Assembly (NCBI GenBank): GCA_977017645.1
Contig: OZ360252.1
Location: 15,500,001-15,564,000, forward strand
DNA length: 64,000 bases
Direction of reading: 5' to 3'
Source: Torpedo marmorata
Taxonomy: Eukaryota
In this document: positions 26,601-39,545 of the stretch, piece after piece
Layout: the number at the start of each line of letters is the position of its first letter
Numbering within the stretch: the first letter of the stretch is position 1
Made by a program: the position numbers and the translations under genes
Notes under the pieces: generated by a model
Seen by the model: the letters and a program-made list of their open reading frames with translations, nothing else
Told to the model about the DNA's origin: nothing
The model's database searches: none

Positions 26601-27169
26601 AGACTCTGTCCTCTTGAGGCAGACTCAGAAATTAATTTTAAAATAATTTTTCATACCGACCTCATTAATATTCACTAAGATCACTTTTGTTGGTGTGTTA
26701 TTTATTTCATTAACTCCTCATTCGTCCTCAAGATGCCATGGTCCGAGTATTATTGTGACCACACAGACACTGCTTTCAGACACGAATTCATTTTGGATAA
26801 TATTGCTGCATTTACCTATTTTGACTGAGCTCTTTGTCCATTGTCAGGTGTTACAGTATACACGGGTTTATTCTGTTCTCACTGTTACAGACATTCTGTA
26901 TTTTGCCAGCGTGGTGGATTTTGTCTGAACATGCACACTCAGAATTGATTGGAAATAACAATCCACGTCTTTCGACAGATTTTAAGAAAGGTGTTGGAAT
27001 CACTCACACTCTTGTACAAATCATACTTGTTCAACATCAATGAACTGTAACTTGTCTTCTATTCAAACAACTGGAGAGGTGATTCGGAAATGGTGATCGT
27101 TGTGCATTGTGCCTAATATTTTAAAACCTGCATGTATAAAGTACCGGATGCAATGTTTTGTGGCACATA

Positions 27170-28792
27170 CATTGGCCTCCATAATGTTTGTGACAAAGTC
27201 AAAATTTTCTCCTCAATTTGCCCCTGTGCTCCAATGTTTTCAATTTTTAATCAAACAATTCACATGTGATTAAAATGCACATTCCAGATTTTATTAAAGA
27301 TTATTTGTATACATTTTGATTTGAGCATGTCGAAATTGCTGCAATTGTTATACATAGTTCCCCATGTCAGGGCACAATAATGTTTGGGATATTTGGCTTC
27401 ACAAGTGTTTGTGAGTACTCAGGTATGATTAATTGCTTCATTGGTATAGGGAAAAGGGAGCTATGTTTGCTTCTAAGCTTTTGATCACCTTTGGAGTCTG
27501 TAGTTGCCAGTGTCAAAATGAGGACCAGAGTTATGCCAATGAAAGTCAAAGAGGCCATTATGAAACTGAAAAGTAAATATAAAACGGTATGGATTACAAA
27601 AATCATCTGTTGCAACATCATTAATAAGAAAGAGCGTCCTGGCGGTTTAGTAATCGCAAAGGGACGGGGGGAGGGGGTGGGCGGGGGGCGGTGGTGGCAA
27701 GGAAGACCTCCACTGCTGATGACAGAAGATTTCTCATTAAAATGATGAAAAATCTCAAAGCATCTGTCCGACACACTTCAGGAGGCAGGTTTGGATGTGT
27801 AAATGACTAGTATCCGCAGAAGGCTTCATGAGCAGCAATACAAAGGCCAAACTGCAAGATACAAGTCACTAATTAGCCACAGAATCAGGATTTCCAGATT
27901 ACAGTTTGCCAAGAAGTATTTAAAATAGCACGAAGTATATTCTGTAAAAAGGTCTTCTGAACACAGGAGACCAAGATTAACTGTTTCAGAGTGATGGCAA
28001 GTGCAAACCGTGGAGGCGTAAAGGAACTGCCCAATATCCAAAGCATAACACCTCATCTGTGAAAAATGGTGATGGGGGTGTTATGGCCTGGACAATTATG
28101 GCTGCCACAAGTACTGGCGCACTTACCTTCATTGAGCATGTAACTGCTGATTTCAGTATCAAAATCAATTCTGAGGTGTTTCAAACATCTTATCTGCTCA
28201 GGTTCGAGTAAATGCCTCCAAACTCATTGGACAGTCATACAGCAATGCAATTATCCCAAACATATTGGTAAAGCAACAAAGGAGTTTTTCAAAGCAAAGA
28301 ACTGGAAAAATTTTACATGGCCAAGTCAGTCATTAATCTCAACACAATTGAGCATGCCTTCCCGATTCTGAAGAGAAAACATCAGGGAAAACCCTCGGAA
28401 AAAGTAGGGGCTGACGATGGCTACAGTAGAGGCCTGGCAGAGCATCACCATAGAAGATACAGAGCACCTGGTGATGTCCCTGAATCATAGACTTCAAGCA
28501 TTCATTGCATGCAAGGGATGTGCAACAAGGTACTAAACATGACTACATTAACATACATAATATTGCTATGTTCCAAATGTTATCGTGCCCTGAAATGAGG
28601 GGTCTATGAATAAAAAGTGCTGTAATATCGACATAGTCAAACCAAATTGTAAATAAATACTCTTACATAAATTCCGGAATGTGCATTTTAATCACATGTG
28701 AATTGTTTGATTACAGATTTAAAATTGTGGAGCACAGTGGCAAATAAACAAATAAAATTGTGTCTTTCTCCCAAACATTATGGAGTGCACTT
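27170..28792 (+). mobile_element. Tc1-family DNA transposon (IR/DR type), full length, dead transposase
   Basis: TA on both flanks; ~220-bp inverted repeats with an inner direct repeat (GGCAC.ATAATGTTTGG); remnants MRTRVMPMKVKEAIMKL, ETKINCF, VK.GDGGVMAW, WPSQS, IEH. Confidence 0.9.
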
Positions 28793-29837
28793 TAAAAGTC
28801 TCAGCAAAAGTTGTTTTGCAGTTGGGCTGACAGGAAACACCTGACATTGTGGTATGAGCTGTTTATCTCTTTAATTTATGTTCTCCCATGAAACAGTGAT
28901 ATGTTGATATATTTTTCATTGCATGCTGGTCTCTGAGTCAGAAGGTTAAGGGTCCAAGTTCTACTCCTGACGTTTAATCCAAAATGCCAATGTAGCAATT
29001 TCCAGTGCAGTGCTGAAGGATGTAAAGGATGTAAATGACAGGATCCTTCAAATGAGATGCTTTTCACAATCTTACATACTTATATTTGTTCACTTCTGAT
29101 GCTGCAGAAAGAATAATTATTATATTCCAAACATCTCCTCACAGCTAATACTGGATAATATAGACAACACCCCGCCGAACCTCTCGTGTGTCTTTTCCAC
29201 AGCCTGCACATCCTTGTTTCAATGAGTGAACCAGAAATGCTTGCAATACTCCCAATGCGACCGAACCACATTTTTCTACAGCTGCAACATGAATTGCCGA
29301 CATTTATAGTCAAAGGCTCCACTAATGTAGGAAGGTTTGGCACCCCATTCTATGACCACATTATCCACACGTATTGCCTTTAAAACCACACTTTCCACTC
29401 AAAGTCTAAGTAATAAAACATGAGCACTGCAGTCCCAAAAACAGGAACTGCTAGTGTTCATGTACTGACCACGCGAGTATATTAATGGTAAACCACTCAA
29501 AGAAAAAAGGAGGATGTTTTCTGAAACCGATCTCCCCTGCTTAACATACAATGCCGCGCATATACTTAAAAAGAGCATAGTTATTTTTTTCTAGAACCGG
29601 TCCTGCTTTTTTGTCAGTTTAGTTATTGATCTCTGGCAACGAGCAGCAACAAAAGTTTTGCGGTGACAGTAACGTTTAACCGGACAGAACAGCATAATAT
29701 GGGATAGCGTGCATATTACACAAGGATATTGAATACATGAAATCTAAATTTTGCTCGGATCAGAGCGGAATATACCTTAATATTAAATAATGGCCATTTG
29801 ATCTGTCACTCCCACAGAAACCATTAAGTGAAACAAA

Positions 29838-32098
29838 TTTCAGATCAAATCAGATCAGAGACTATTTATTATCATTTAATACAACAGCAATGTACAGTGC
29901 CCTCCAGAATGTTGGGAACATAGACAATATTTTCCTTTATTGGCCCCTGAGCTCCACATTTTTAAATTTATAATCAAACCATTCACATCTGATTAAAGTG
30001 CCCATTCCTGATTTTATTAAAGGGTATTTGTGTACATTTTGGTTTGACTATTTATAAATTACAGCACTTTTTATGCATAGACCCCTCATTTCTGGATACC
30101 ATAATATTTGGGACAGAGCAATGGTATCTATGTTAAAGTAGTAATGTTTAGTACTTTGTTGCATACAGTTTTTCTTGCATGCAATGACTGCTTGAAGTCT
30201 GTGATTCAAATACATCAACAGGTACTGAGTAACCTCTCTGCTGATGTTCTGCCAGGCCTAGACTCAGCCATCTTCAGCTCCTGCATGTTTAGGGGGTTTG
30301 TCCATTCAAGGATTCTGTTCAGCATCAGGAAGGCATGCTCAATTATGTTTACATCAGTGGCTGACTTGGCCATTCAAGAAGTTTCCAGTTTTTAGTTTTG
30401 AAAATCTCCTTTGTTGCATTCACAATATGTTTGGGATCATTGTCTTGTTCTTGTATAAAGCGCCGTCTAATGGATTTGGAGGCATTTGTGCGAACCTGAG
30501 CCGATAAGATGTTTCTATGCACCTCAGAATTCATTTTGCTACTGCAACCAGCAGTTACACCATCAATGAAGATAAGTGCGTCAGTACCTGTGGCAGCCAT
30601 ACATGCCCAGGCCATGACACCCTGGCCGCCATGTTTCACAGATGAGGCGGTATGCTTTGGATCTTGGCTGTTCTGTTATGCTTCCACACTTTGCTCGTGG
30701 GATTACTCTGATAGAGGTTGGACTCATCTGACAACAAGACTTTTTCCAGAATTATGCCGGCCTTTTATAAATACCTTGGCAAATTATTAGGTGGCCATCC
30801 TGTTTCTGTGGCTAACTGATGTTTTGGATATTGCAGTGCAGCCTCCGTATCACTGCGGACAGTAGTTATTGACACATCCACACCTGCCATCTGAAGACTG
30901 TTTCTGATCTGTCGGACAGGCGTTTGGGGAGTTTTCTTACGATGAGAGTTCTTCTGTCATCAGCAGTGGAGGTCTTCCTTGGCCTACCAGTCGCGTTGTG
31001 ATTACTGAGCTGAACACTTCTTAATGATGTTCCAATCTATTGTTTTCGGTCATCCTGAGGTTTGGGCGATGTCTCTTACTGTTTTATTCTTCTTTTTCAG
31101 ACTCATAATGCTTCTTTGACTTTCATTGGCACAACTCTGGTTCCCAAGTTTAAAAATGGCAACGTCAGACTCCAAAGGTTATAAGACGTTTAGAAGCAAG
31201 CCAAGCTCTCTTAAACCTGCACCAATGAAGCAATTCAACATACCCGATTAATCACAAACCCCTGTGATTCCAAATGCCAATTATGGTGCCCTGAAATGAG
31301 GGACTCTGTATAAAATAGTGCTGAAATTTCTACACGTTCAAACCAAAATCTACACAAATAACCATTAATATAAGATGAAATGTGCACTTTAATCACATGT
31401 GAATTGTTTGAATAAAGATTTAAAACTTTGGAGCACATGAGCAAATAAAGGGAAAAAGTGTCTTTGTCCCAAACATTGTGGAGGGCACTGTAATATTACA
31501 CGAAAGCGCCATTCATCTTCCAGAAGGCAGACAAAGATTCGCCATTAGCATTGTCCGACGCCCCGCATAGACAGAAAAACAGAAGCAAAACAGAGTCCAC
31601 CCAGGGTCACTGAGTGTCCTCGAATACGCGTCCCGCGCTCCCGTAGCCTCTGCAGCCGTACCACACTCCGGTTCCGTTCAAACCGTTCAGCAACCAGATC
31701 CATTATCGAAATCTCCGACATCATGAGGAACACTTCGAGACCCCTTCTTGCCCTCAGCATCCTTTTGCCTCCCGCTTACAAGACCTAGTTCTCATCAGCC
31801 AGTCTCCAGCAGCCCGCAGGCTGGTGTCAGTACTTTGACCACAAGTCGCCAGCAGCCCGCAGCGTGTGTGGGTTCCTCGCCCCCAGGCACCATAATCTTG
31901 GGACCGGATACCGCGGCCGCACGATTATAAATAAAACACTGTCGGCTCCTTTAACAGGCCATTTAAATTCCGTAAGGAACAGTGTAGTACGATTGGGCGG
32001 TAGGACCCTGCGGTGGAGTGCTGTGTCTTCGTTCCCTGCTGTAAGCGGATGCGCATCAGCGGCAGTGGTGCCAATACAGCAGCCCCGGCAGCGAAACC
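29838..32098 (-). mobile_element. GC-rich non-coding retroposon, copy 2, split near its 3' end by a Tc1
   Basis: Body 31493-32098 is the reverse complement of the 21533 family. The tail ATGATAATAAA...CTGATCTGATTTGATCTGA resumes at 29838-29892 beyond the Tc1. Confidence 0.7.
29895..31490 (-). mobile_element. Tc1-family DNA transposon, second copy of the same family, dead
   Basis: TA|CAGTGCCCTCC...GGAGGGCACTG|TA; ORF 30349..30639 MKHGGQGVMAWACM...QDNDPKH...LEWPSQ (DD34E domain part). Confidence 0.93.
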
Positions 32099-33189
32099 AT
32101 TTTTTTAAAAAGATGCTGCATTTTCCAATTTGCAGGATCAGATTTACAAGCAGATTTTGTTGCAAATAAAATTAAATGGGGCATTACTTCATCAGGCTGC
32201 GAGCTAAAAAGAAAATATTTCTTAGACGGATTTCAAGAAAACATTTGCAGCTACAGTATGTTTAATGACGGATGCATTGACCTGATTATCCGTCTTGGTA
32301 ACACAAAGGGACGAAAAGAATGCAGCATTGATTTGTTGAAATAGTTTGTATATCCTTGGAGCAGAGTGGCTGGGCAGGAACAATATAGGTTTCTACAACA
32401 TTACCGATGGTAGATCATAAAAAACCTGTTCTCCATAGCAAAGGTGTCTGTGAACAGTTAGTGTACCATGAATATGTGGTCCATGTTAATCACCTCGAGA
32501 AGCATTGCAACATGAAAGGCATGGCCTGGGCAGAGTGAACGGCGAAGGTTGCGTCGCCACAACACTTTACATGTATCGGATGTAGTACGTGAATTACCAA
32601 TGAGTGGTCGGCAATGCGCCAAGTGCTGGTAAATGGGATAAGTTGAGATGTGTTCTTGATGGTTGACATTGACGTGTTGGGGGCATATGACCTGCTTCTG
32701 GGTTGTAGCACCCCATTCCTCGATAATTGCTTTATCGGTGACTTTGAATTTTTTCAACATCTGACCATTGGGCAGTGAACATGGTTTTTTTCCAGTCCAG
32801 ACCTTCACATTTGTGCTACTTTAATGTCATTTCATCGTTCATGCCAGGCTTTAAAATGGGAGGGCCTGAGGGGAGATTTGACCAAGCCAGTTTGCTACTT
32901 AATCTACTGGACAAAGTGGGTTGGTAACAATAGAATGTAAAAGGAACGGAGAAGGCACTTTCCAGATTGAATGGGATCACATGAACAGATACCAACACTC
33001 AACTCGGAAAGCGCTCGTTGCTTTCTACTGGAATAAGGATTCGGTCGGTCAAAGGAATTCCATCATCTGCATTTATGAGGCATAATTGTTCAGATTTGTA
33101 TGGAATTTTAGCTTCTTTCAAATTTAAATCTAGGAAGTTATAATGTAATGCCATGTATCTTCAACAATGATAAATCATGCTCAAACCTC

Positions 33190-33592
33190 ACATCTTCACT
33201 GCCCCCCTCTGCCCTTCGACTCAACAAGGACAGGACTCCTCTTCTCCTCACCTACCACCCGCCAATCTCTAACACCTACATCTAGATCCCTTCCCCAGTC
33301 ACATCTTCCCCTTCTCTCCGACTTCCGCAGGGATCTCTCCCTCCGGGACGCCTTCGTCCACGCATCCCTTCCCACTAATCGCAAACTCCAAGTTACCAAC
33401 CCCTGTTCTCGGAGGAAATGCTACACTTGTGTCCACACTTCGTCCGTCACCAACATTTGGGGCCCCAAACAGTCCTTCCAAGTGAAATAACACTTCACTA
33501 GTGAGTCGGCAGGCGTCACCGACTGCATCCAGTGCCCCCGTTGTGGACTCTTCCACATCACAGAGACTGGACGCAAATTAGGAATCGTTTCG
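33190..33592 (+). mobile_element. Penelope-like element fragment (GIY-YIG endonuclease region)
   Basis: PC.RRKCYTC.HTS....GPKQSFQVK.HFT.ES.GV..CIQCPRCGL.HI.ETGRKLG. Confidence 0.8.
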
Positions 33593-33627
33593 TCCAGAGG
33601 GCTTTAATATTTACTTCTCCATTTCCC

Positions 33628-34900
33628 ATTAGGTTCTATGAGACATACAGAACAGAAAGAGGCTGTACGTCCCAACCAATATCCACAAACCAGCAACACA
33701 CAATAAGGTAATTCATCCACACATATTCTGCAACTCAACCACACAAAATAGAAAATTTATAGTGTCAGCTAACCTACCATAACGCTAGTATTTGGGACGT
33801 GGGGAGAAAGCTGGGCACCCAGAGCAAAAACAAAGGGCCACACGAAGAGCGTGCAAAATCCGCACAGATAATAGCTGAGGGCAAGACTGAACCCTGGTCT
33901 CGGACATTAAAAACGCGACTCTACATGTTGACCAAAATTTTTATCAGCGTCCTTTGTTTAGTTATTTGTTGAACGAAGGTGATATTCGCTCCTCATATTA
34001 TGGACATAATGACTGTGAAAGGGCGTCTCGAGTGGAAGTAAACACTCCCAATCAATATTCCCTTTGCCATTTTAGAGGACTCAGTAAATATTGTAATGAT
34101 TACCCAGATTAGCTTCTTTGTGGAAACTGATGCTAATTAGCGTCAAAATCCAACAGTTGGTCTCACCCGCCGGGAATCCACGTACTGTTCCATTGCTGGC
34201 AAGTTAAGGGCAGATGTGATAGAACACAAAAGGGCGCTGTGAATGAGGTTGCTGAGAACGAGTTTTCCTTGTTGAAGATCAGTCAACTTGAGTGGTAGAC
34301 CATTACATTGATCTTAAAAGAAGCAAAAACTAAGCAAAATTGATTAATTACCAATTAACTTCTGATGAGGAACGTTCCACATGCCAGTTTACTCAGTATA
34401 CAGTAAGCAACAGGAACTTTCCCAGGCACCGTGTACTCCTCGTAGATATCTGTGTGATTCGATCCAGTACACAGCGAGAACGGGCTTTTTGCCTTTTGTT
34501 CAGAAGCTGCCGTACTAGTTTCTGTGTTGTTATTAACCACCCTGGGCGCACCAGATTTAAAGACCCGAAAGTTATGTTCAGCTCTACTCTCTGGCAACTC
34601 ATGGGATGTGAATGTGCATATAAATGGGCTTGGAAATCCAGAACATCGTATGAGCACTCATGATCAATAATGCAGAGGGACTACTTGCAAAGGTAGACGC
34701 CAGGTGAAGTCTGTTCATTGCCTTTGGATAGTTTTTATGTGTTGAAGATTTTTATCTCAGTTCAAAGTCACTGATATGTGCATTGAGTTATTAACTATTG
34801 GACCACAGGAACAATCCCTTGGTGCCACGTGTCGAGGTCGTCCATCAAGAACCAATTATACTGGTCGCCATCACCTGCACGTGGTCAGATGTTAATATGC
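33628..34900 (+). repeat. Local segmental duplication, direct paralog of 44910-46467 plus 47249-47350
   Basis: Collinear blocks shared by both copies, e.g. GTAAACACTCCCA.TCAA.ATTCCCTTT, GCAACAGGAACTT.CCCAGGCAC and CACAGGAACAATCCCTTGGTGC. Confidence 0.8.
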
Positions 34901-34959
34901 ACCATCAAATTCGACAGATGATAGGGATTCATTGAAAGTTGCGTAATAGCTCGGTAAGG

Positions 34960-36250
34960 TTGGAAAGAGAGTTTTGGTTCATTTGCCTTCATAATTGAAA
35001 GTATTTAGTGCAAGAGTTGGTGTGTTCGGTTGAAGTTCTAATACATTTTCAAGACATATTTGGAGTATTGTGCGCTATTGTGATCACCGGCCGTCAGGAA
35101 AGACATCAATACGATTGCAAGGGTACAAAGAGAATTTACAAGTATGTTTTCTGCACTTGAACAGCGAGTTATCGGGTAAAATCAATAGGTCTTTACTGCA
35201 TGGAGCCTCGAAGAATGAGGGGAGATTTGATGGAGGTATGACAAGCTATGAAGTTATCGATACGATCATTGTCAACAGGCTTTTTACGACTGAGATTGGG
35301 TGAGACAAGAACCAGAGCACATGGCTTGAGGGTGACCCGCGAGGCCCAGCCGCCCAGTCGACTGCCGTCGGTTCCGCACGGGCTTTGAACGGTCCGTTAA
35401 AGGAGCCGACGGTAGTTTTATTTAAGATCCCGCGACCACGGGGTCTGCGCCCAAGATGGCAGCGCCTTATTAGCGGCAGCAGCCACGAGGGGCTGCAGAC
35501 TCCGGGAAAGTGGAGGACTGGAGCAGGGCACCAGAGGACGGGAAGATCACCCCCACTCCCCGTCTGAGTAATAGAAACGGAGGAGACGACCCACGGGACG
35601 GTGACCACGGAGGCGGACCAGTGAGGGGATCTGAGGCTGAAGGACCAGTGCATGCGGCGGGCTGCTGGCGACTCGAGGCGAGGAACCCGCGGAGACTGTG
35701 GGATGCTGGAGACTGCTGTCGGGGGACTCACGCCGGGCTGCGGACTGCTGGAGGTCGGCTCGAACTGGCTGGAGGAGTACCAGGTATGGGAACCGGGATG
35801 CGAGGGGGTGCTGAGGGCGACTTGACCTTGTTGGAGGTTCGGATCTGGAGCTCGGGTTGCCGATGGTTCGGACTGGACTCTGTGCGGCTGCGGAGGCTGC
35901 GGAAGCGCCGTAGGCGAATCTACGGACACTCGGTAATTCTGGGGGGACTCTCTTTTGCTTCTCTTTCTCTGACTGTAAGGAATGTTAGAGACGCTTAGGC
36001 AATTTCTGCCTGTGGCGAATCTGTCTGCCTTGCAGCAGGCAAAACGAAATTTCATGGAATATGACACTGTTTTATTGCTATGACAATAAATTGAATCTTG
36101 AATCTTGAAAGTGAAATATTAAAGGGATCATTCGGGGACACATCTTCACCCCGAGGGTGGTGAGAGAGTGGAACGAGCTGCGAGCAGAGGTGCTGGATTC
36201 CGGTGTCATTCACGCTGAACATTACGAGAATTAAAAATTGAGTGGAAATC
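34960..36250 (+). mobile_element. CR1 3' fragment interrupted by the GC-rich retroposon (35336-36108)
   Basis: ...RGDLMEV...TR.HGLRV| stops at 35335 and resumes as |GE..KG..RG..FTPRVV..WNEL after 36108. Confidence 0.65.
35336..36108 (+). mobile_element. GC-rich non-coding retroposon, copy 3 (5'-truncated)
   Basis: Contains GCGCCCAAGATGGCAGCGCC; ends ATGACAATAAATTGAATCTTGAATCTTGAA. Confidence 0.8.
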
Positions 36251-37422
36251 AGGGAGTGTCCCTGTGCAATTAATATTTTGCACAATGACTTGGCATGATA
36301 AATCGAGTCCTCTCAGATGGATGTAAATAATACCATACAATATTCCTTTTACCCCTTTTTGGAGGCAGGGCAGCTGGAGATTTTACAATCATCACACAAA
36401 TTGGCTCTTTTGGGAAATTAATGGCATTTCGTTTTAAAAATCCTGCAACTGATTTCAGCCTTGGAAATCCAAATGCTGTTCAATTGTTGGCCACTAGAGG
36501 GCAATGTGTATCGTCAGTGCCGACTTCAAAAGCTAGTTATTTCCGAGTTAAAAACACTAAAATGCTGGAAGAACTCAGCCGGTCTTTCCAGCATCAGTAG
36601 GGGACATAGGTTTATTGCCGACGTTTCGGGGCTGAGCCCTGCTTCAAGTAAAAATCAGAATAAGGAAGTGAAAGGAAATTTCAGAAAGTCTCAGAATTCA
36701 AACCATGGGGTAGGAATCCAGACCAACAAAAGGTGTTAATTGGATGAGATAAGGGTCTAGGTAAGAATTTATCATGTCTGTGCGAAAGGAGACAGGGATT
36801 GGAGAGACGACGGGGCAAGAAGGGGGTGGGTTTTTTCAAAGAAAGCCAGAGAAGTCCATATTAATGCCATCAGGGTGGAGGGAGTCTCATCAGAAGATGA
36901 GGCGTTGTTCCTCCAATTTAGGGGTGGTCTCAGTCTGGCAGTGCATGAGGCCATGGACAGACATTTCGGCAATGGGATGGAGAATTGAAATGGGTGGCCA
37001 CTGGGAGATCCACGCTATTGCGGTGCAAAGAGCTGAGCTGCTCAAAAAAGCGATCTCTCCAGTCTGCGCCCAATCTCTCCGATGTAGAGGAGACCACAAC
37101 GGGAGCACTGGATGAAGTAGATGACCCCTGCAGATTCACAAGTGAAATGTTGCATCACTTTGAAGGACTGTTTGGGGCCCCGAATGGTGGTGATGGAGGA
37201 AGTGTCGGCGCAAGTGGAGCATCTCCTGCAGACACAGGGCTCAGACCCAAGGGCACGATTGGTGGGAAGGGAGGAGTGGACATGGGAGTAACGGAGGGAG
37301 CGGACCTGCGGAAGGCAGAGAGGTGAGGAGAATATGTGTCCAGTGGTGGGATCATGTAGTAGGTGATGGAAATCGCGGAGAATGATGTGTTGGATGCGGA
37401 GGCTGGTGTGGTGGTTGGTGAG

Positions 37423-38340
37423 GACAAGGGGAATCCTGTCCTTACTGCGCGTGGCGACAGAGGGGGCCAGGGCAGGTTGCGGGTAATGGAGGATATGCGT
37501 GTGAGTGCCGCGTTGATGGTAGGAGAGGGAAAGCCACGTTGTTTGAAGAAAGAGGACATCTCTAATGATATGGCACCGAAATCCTCATCCTGGAGGCAGA
37601 TGCGACTGAGACGGAGGAATTGAGAGAATGGACTCCTCTACATCGGAGAGACTGGACGCAGACTGGGAGAACTCTTTATTGAGCACCTCCACTCTGTCCG
37701 CCGCAATAGTGTGGATCTCCCAGTAGCCACCCATTTCATTTCTCCATCCCATTCCTTTGCCGACATGTCTGTCCATGGTCTCATGCACTGCCAGACTGAG
37801 ACCACCCCTAAATTGGAGGAACAACACCTCATCTTCCGACGGGGCACCCTCCAACTGAATGGCATTAATATAGACTTCTCTGACAAGGGGAATCCTGTCC
37901 TTACTGCGCGTGGCGACAGAGGGGGCCAGGGCAGGTTGCGGGTAATGGAGGATATGCGTGTGAGTGCCGCGTTGATGGTAGGAGAGGGAAAGCCACGTTG
38001 TTTGAAGAAAGAGGACATCTCTAATGATATGGCACCGAAATCCTCATCCTGGAGGCAGATGCGACTGAGACGGAGGAATTGAGAGAATGGACTCCTCTAC
38101 ATCGGAGAGACTGGACGCAGACTGGGAGAACTCTTTATTGAGCACCTCCACTCTGTCCGCCGCAATAGTGTGGATCTCCCAGTAGCCACCCATTTCATTT
38201 CTCCATCCCATTCCTTTGCCGACATGTCTGTCCATGGTCTCATGCACTGCCAGACTGAGACCACCCGTAAATTGGAGGAACAACACCTCATCTTCCGACG
38301 GGGCACCCTCCAACTGAATGGCATTAATATAGACTTCTCT
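37423..38340. repeat. Tandem duplication, 2 x 459 bp, nearly identical
   Basis: Units 37423-37881 and 37882-38340; one difference noticed (ACCACCCCTA vs ACCACCCGTA). Confidence 0.95.
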
Positions 38341-38538
38341 GGCATTCATTAGAAAAACTCAACTCCTTCTTCCCCCGACATCTCTCCATCCCCTGTCTCC
38401 TTTCACACAGAAATAATAAATTCTAACCAAGACCTTTATCATATCCAATTAACACCTTTTGTTGGTCTGAATTCCTCCCCCATTGTTTGAATTCTGAGAC
38501 TTTCTGAGACTTCCTTCTTCTGCCTTATTCTGATTTTT

Positions 38539-38570
38539 CCTTGAAGAATGGATCAGGCCCGAAACGTCGG
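38539..38570 (+). ncRNA. Minimal hammerhead-ribozyme-like motif in a Penelope pLTR (representative copy)
   Basis: CC-TTGAAGA-A-TGGATCAGGCCC-GAAAC-GTC-GG. Family consensus stem II is GGGC-TCAG-GCCC, with palindromic ACGT stem III and a GUC site; C3 is replaced by U. Confidence 0.55.
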
Positions 38571-38699
38571 CAATATATGTTTGTCTCCTGTAGATGCTGA
38601 AAAGACCGGCTGAGTTCCTCCAGCATTTCGGTGTGTTTATTACAATCACAGCGTCTGCAGCCTTTCGTATTTCACTCTCATCGTTTACGAGTCAACCAG

Positions 38700-39545
38700 G
38701 AAAGTCTGTAGACGCTTTGATTGTAGTGAAATGCACAAAGGTGCTGCAGAAACTCAACAGGTCACGCGTCATCTGTAGGAAGTAAAGGGAAACCAACGTT
38801 TCGGGCCTGAGTCCTTCGTCAAGGAATAAGCAAAAGCAGGGAGGCGCCTGGATACATAAAAAAGATGGGCGCAGCAGAGGAGAGGAGGGAAGAAGCGGCA
38901 GGGGAGGTGCACAGGCTGACAGGCAAGAGGACGGAGGTGGTTATGGTTTGGAGTGCAGAAGAGAATACAGAGAAGTGATGGAAGAAGTGGGTGACTCTCT
39001 GAATGGAGAGGGAAGGGGTGAGGAGCTGAAGGAAAGGAGACAGAGGGATATGGAAATAGAGAAGAGAGACAGGGGAAGGGACATAAAGCAAAACACAGAC
39101 GTCAATATTGATTCCAACGGGTTGAAATGATCTCCTAATTTGCGTACAGTCACACCGATGTGGAGGACAGGATGTAGTCGATTACCCCTGCCGACTCACT
39201 AATGAAGTGTTCTTTCACTTGGAAGGACTTCTTAGGGTCCCGAACGGTTGTGACAGACGAAGTGCTGACGCAAGGGTAGTATATCCTGCGGTCACAGGGG
39301 TAGGTACCTTGGGTTTTCGGATTAGTGGGAAAGGATGAGTGGACGAAGGGGTCTCGGAGGGAGAGGTCCCAGCTGAAGGTGGAGAGGGGAAAAGAGGGGA
39401 AGATGTGTCTGGTGAAGGGATCTAGTTGGAAGTGTCGGAAATTGCAGAGGATAATATGTTGCATGCAGACGATCGTGGGTGGTGGGTGAGGCAAAGGGAA
39501 ATCCACTGCTTGTTGCGTCTTAGGGCAGAGGGGGCCAGGGCAGAT
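38700..39545 (-). mobile_element. Penelope-like element fragment with pLTR
   Basis: ORF 39150..39506 (HIIL.NFRH.QLDP.TRHIFPS.PLS.F..D.SLRD..VHS...GTYPC); hammerhead-like motif at 38793-38824. Confidence 0.8.

Larger units (their letters stand above)
36550..38675 (-). mobile_element. Penelope-like element with an inverted terminal copy (minus body 36550-37628; plus-strand EN/pLTR ending ~38675)
   Basis: FLRLSRICLQDEDF...MSSFFKQRGFP and LLYIGETGRRLG...LPVATHF...TTPKLEEQHLIFR.GTLQ.NGINIDFS; 36550-37090 is an inverted repeat of 38090-38640. Confidence 0.85.

Noticed and set aside
32400-32990. ORFs 32458..32808 and neighbours
   Set aside because: No recognisable motif or splice signals; left unassigned.
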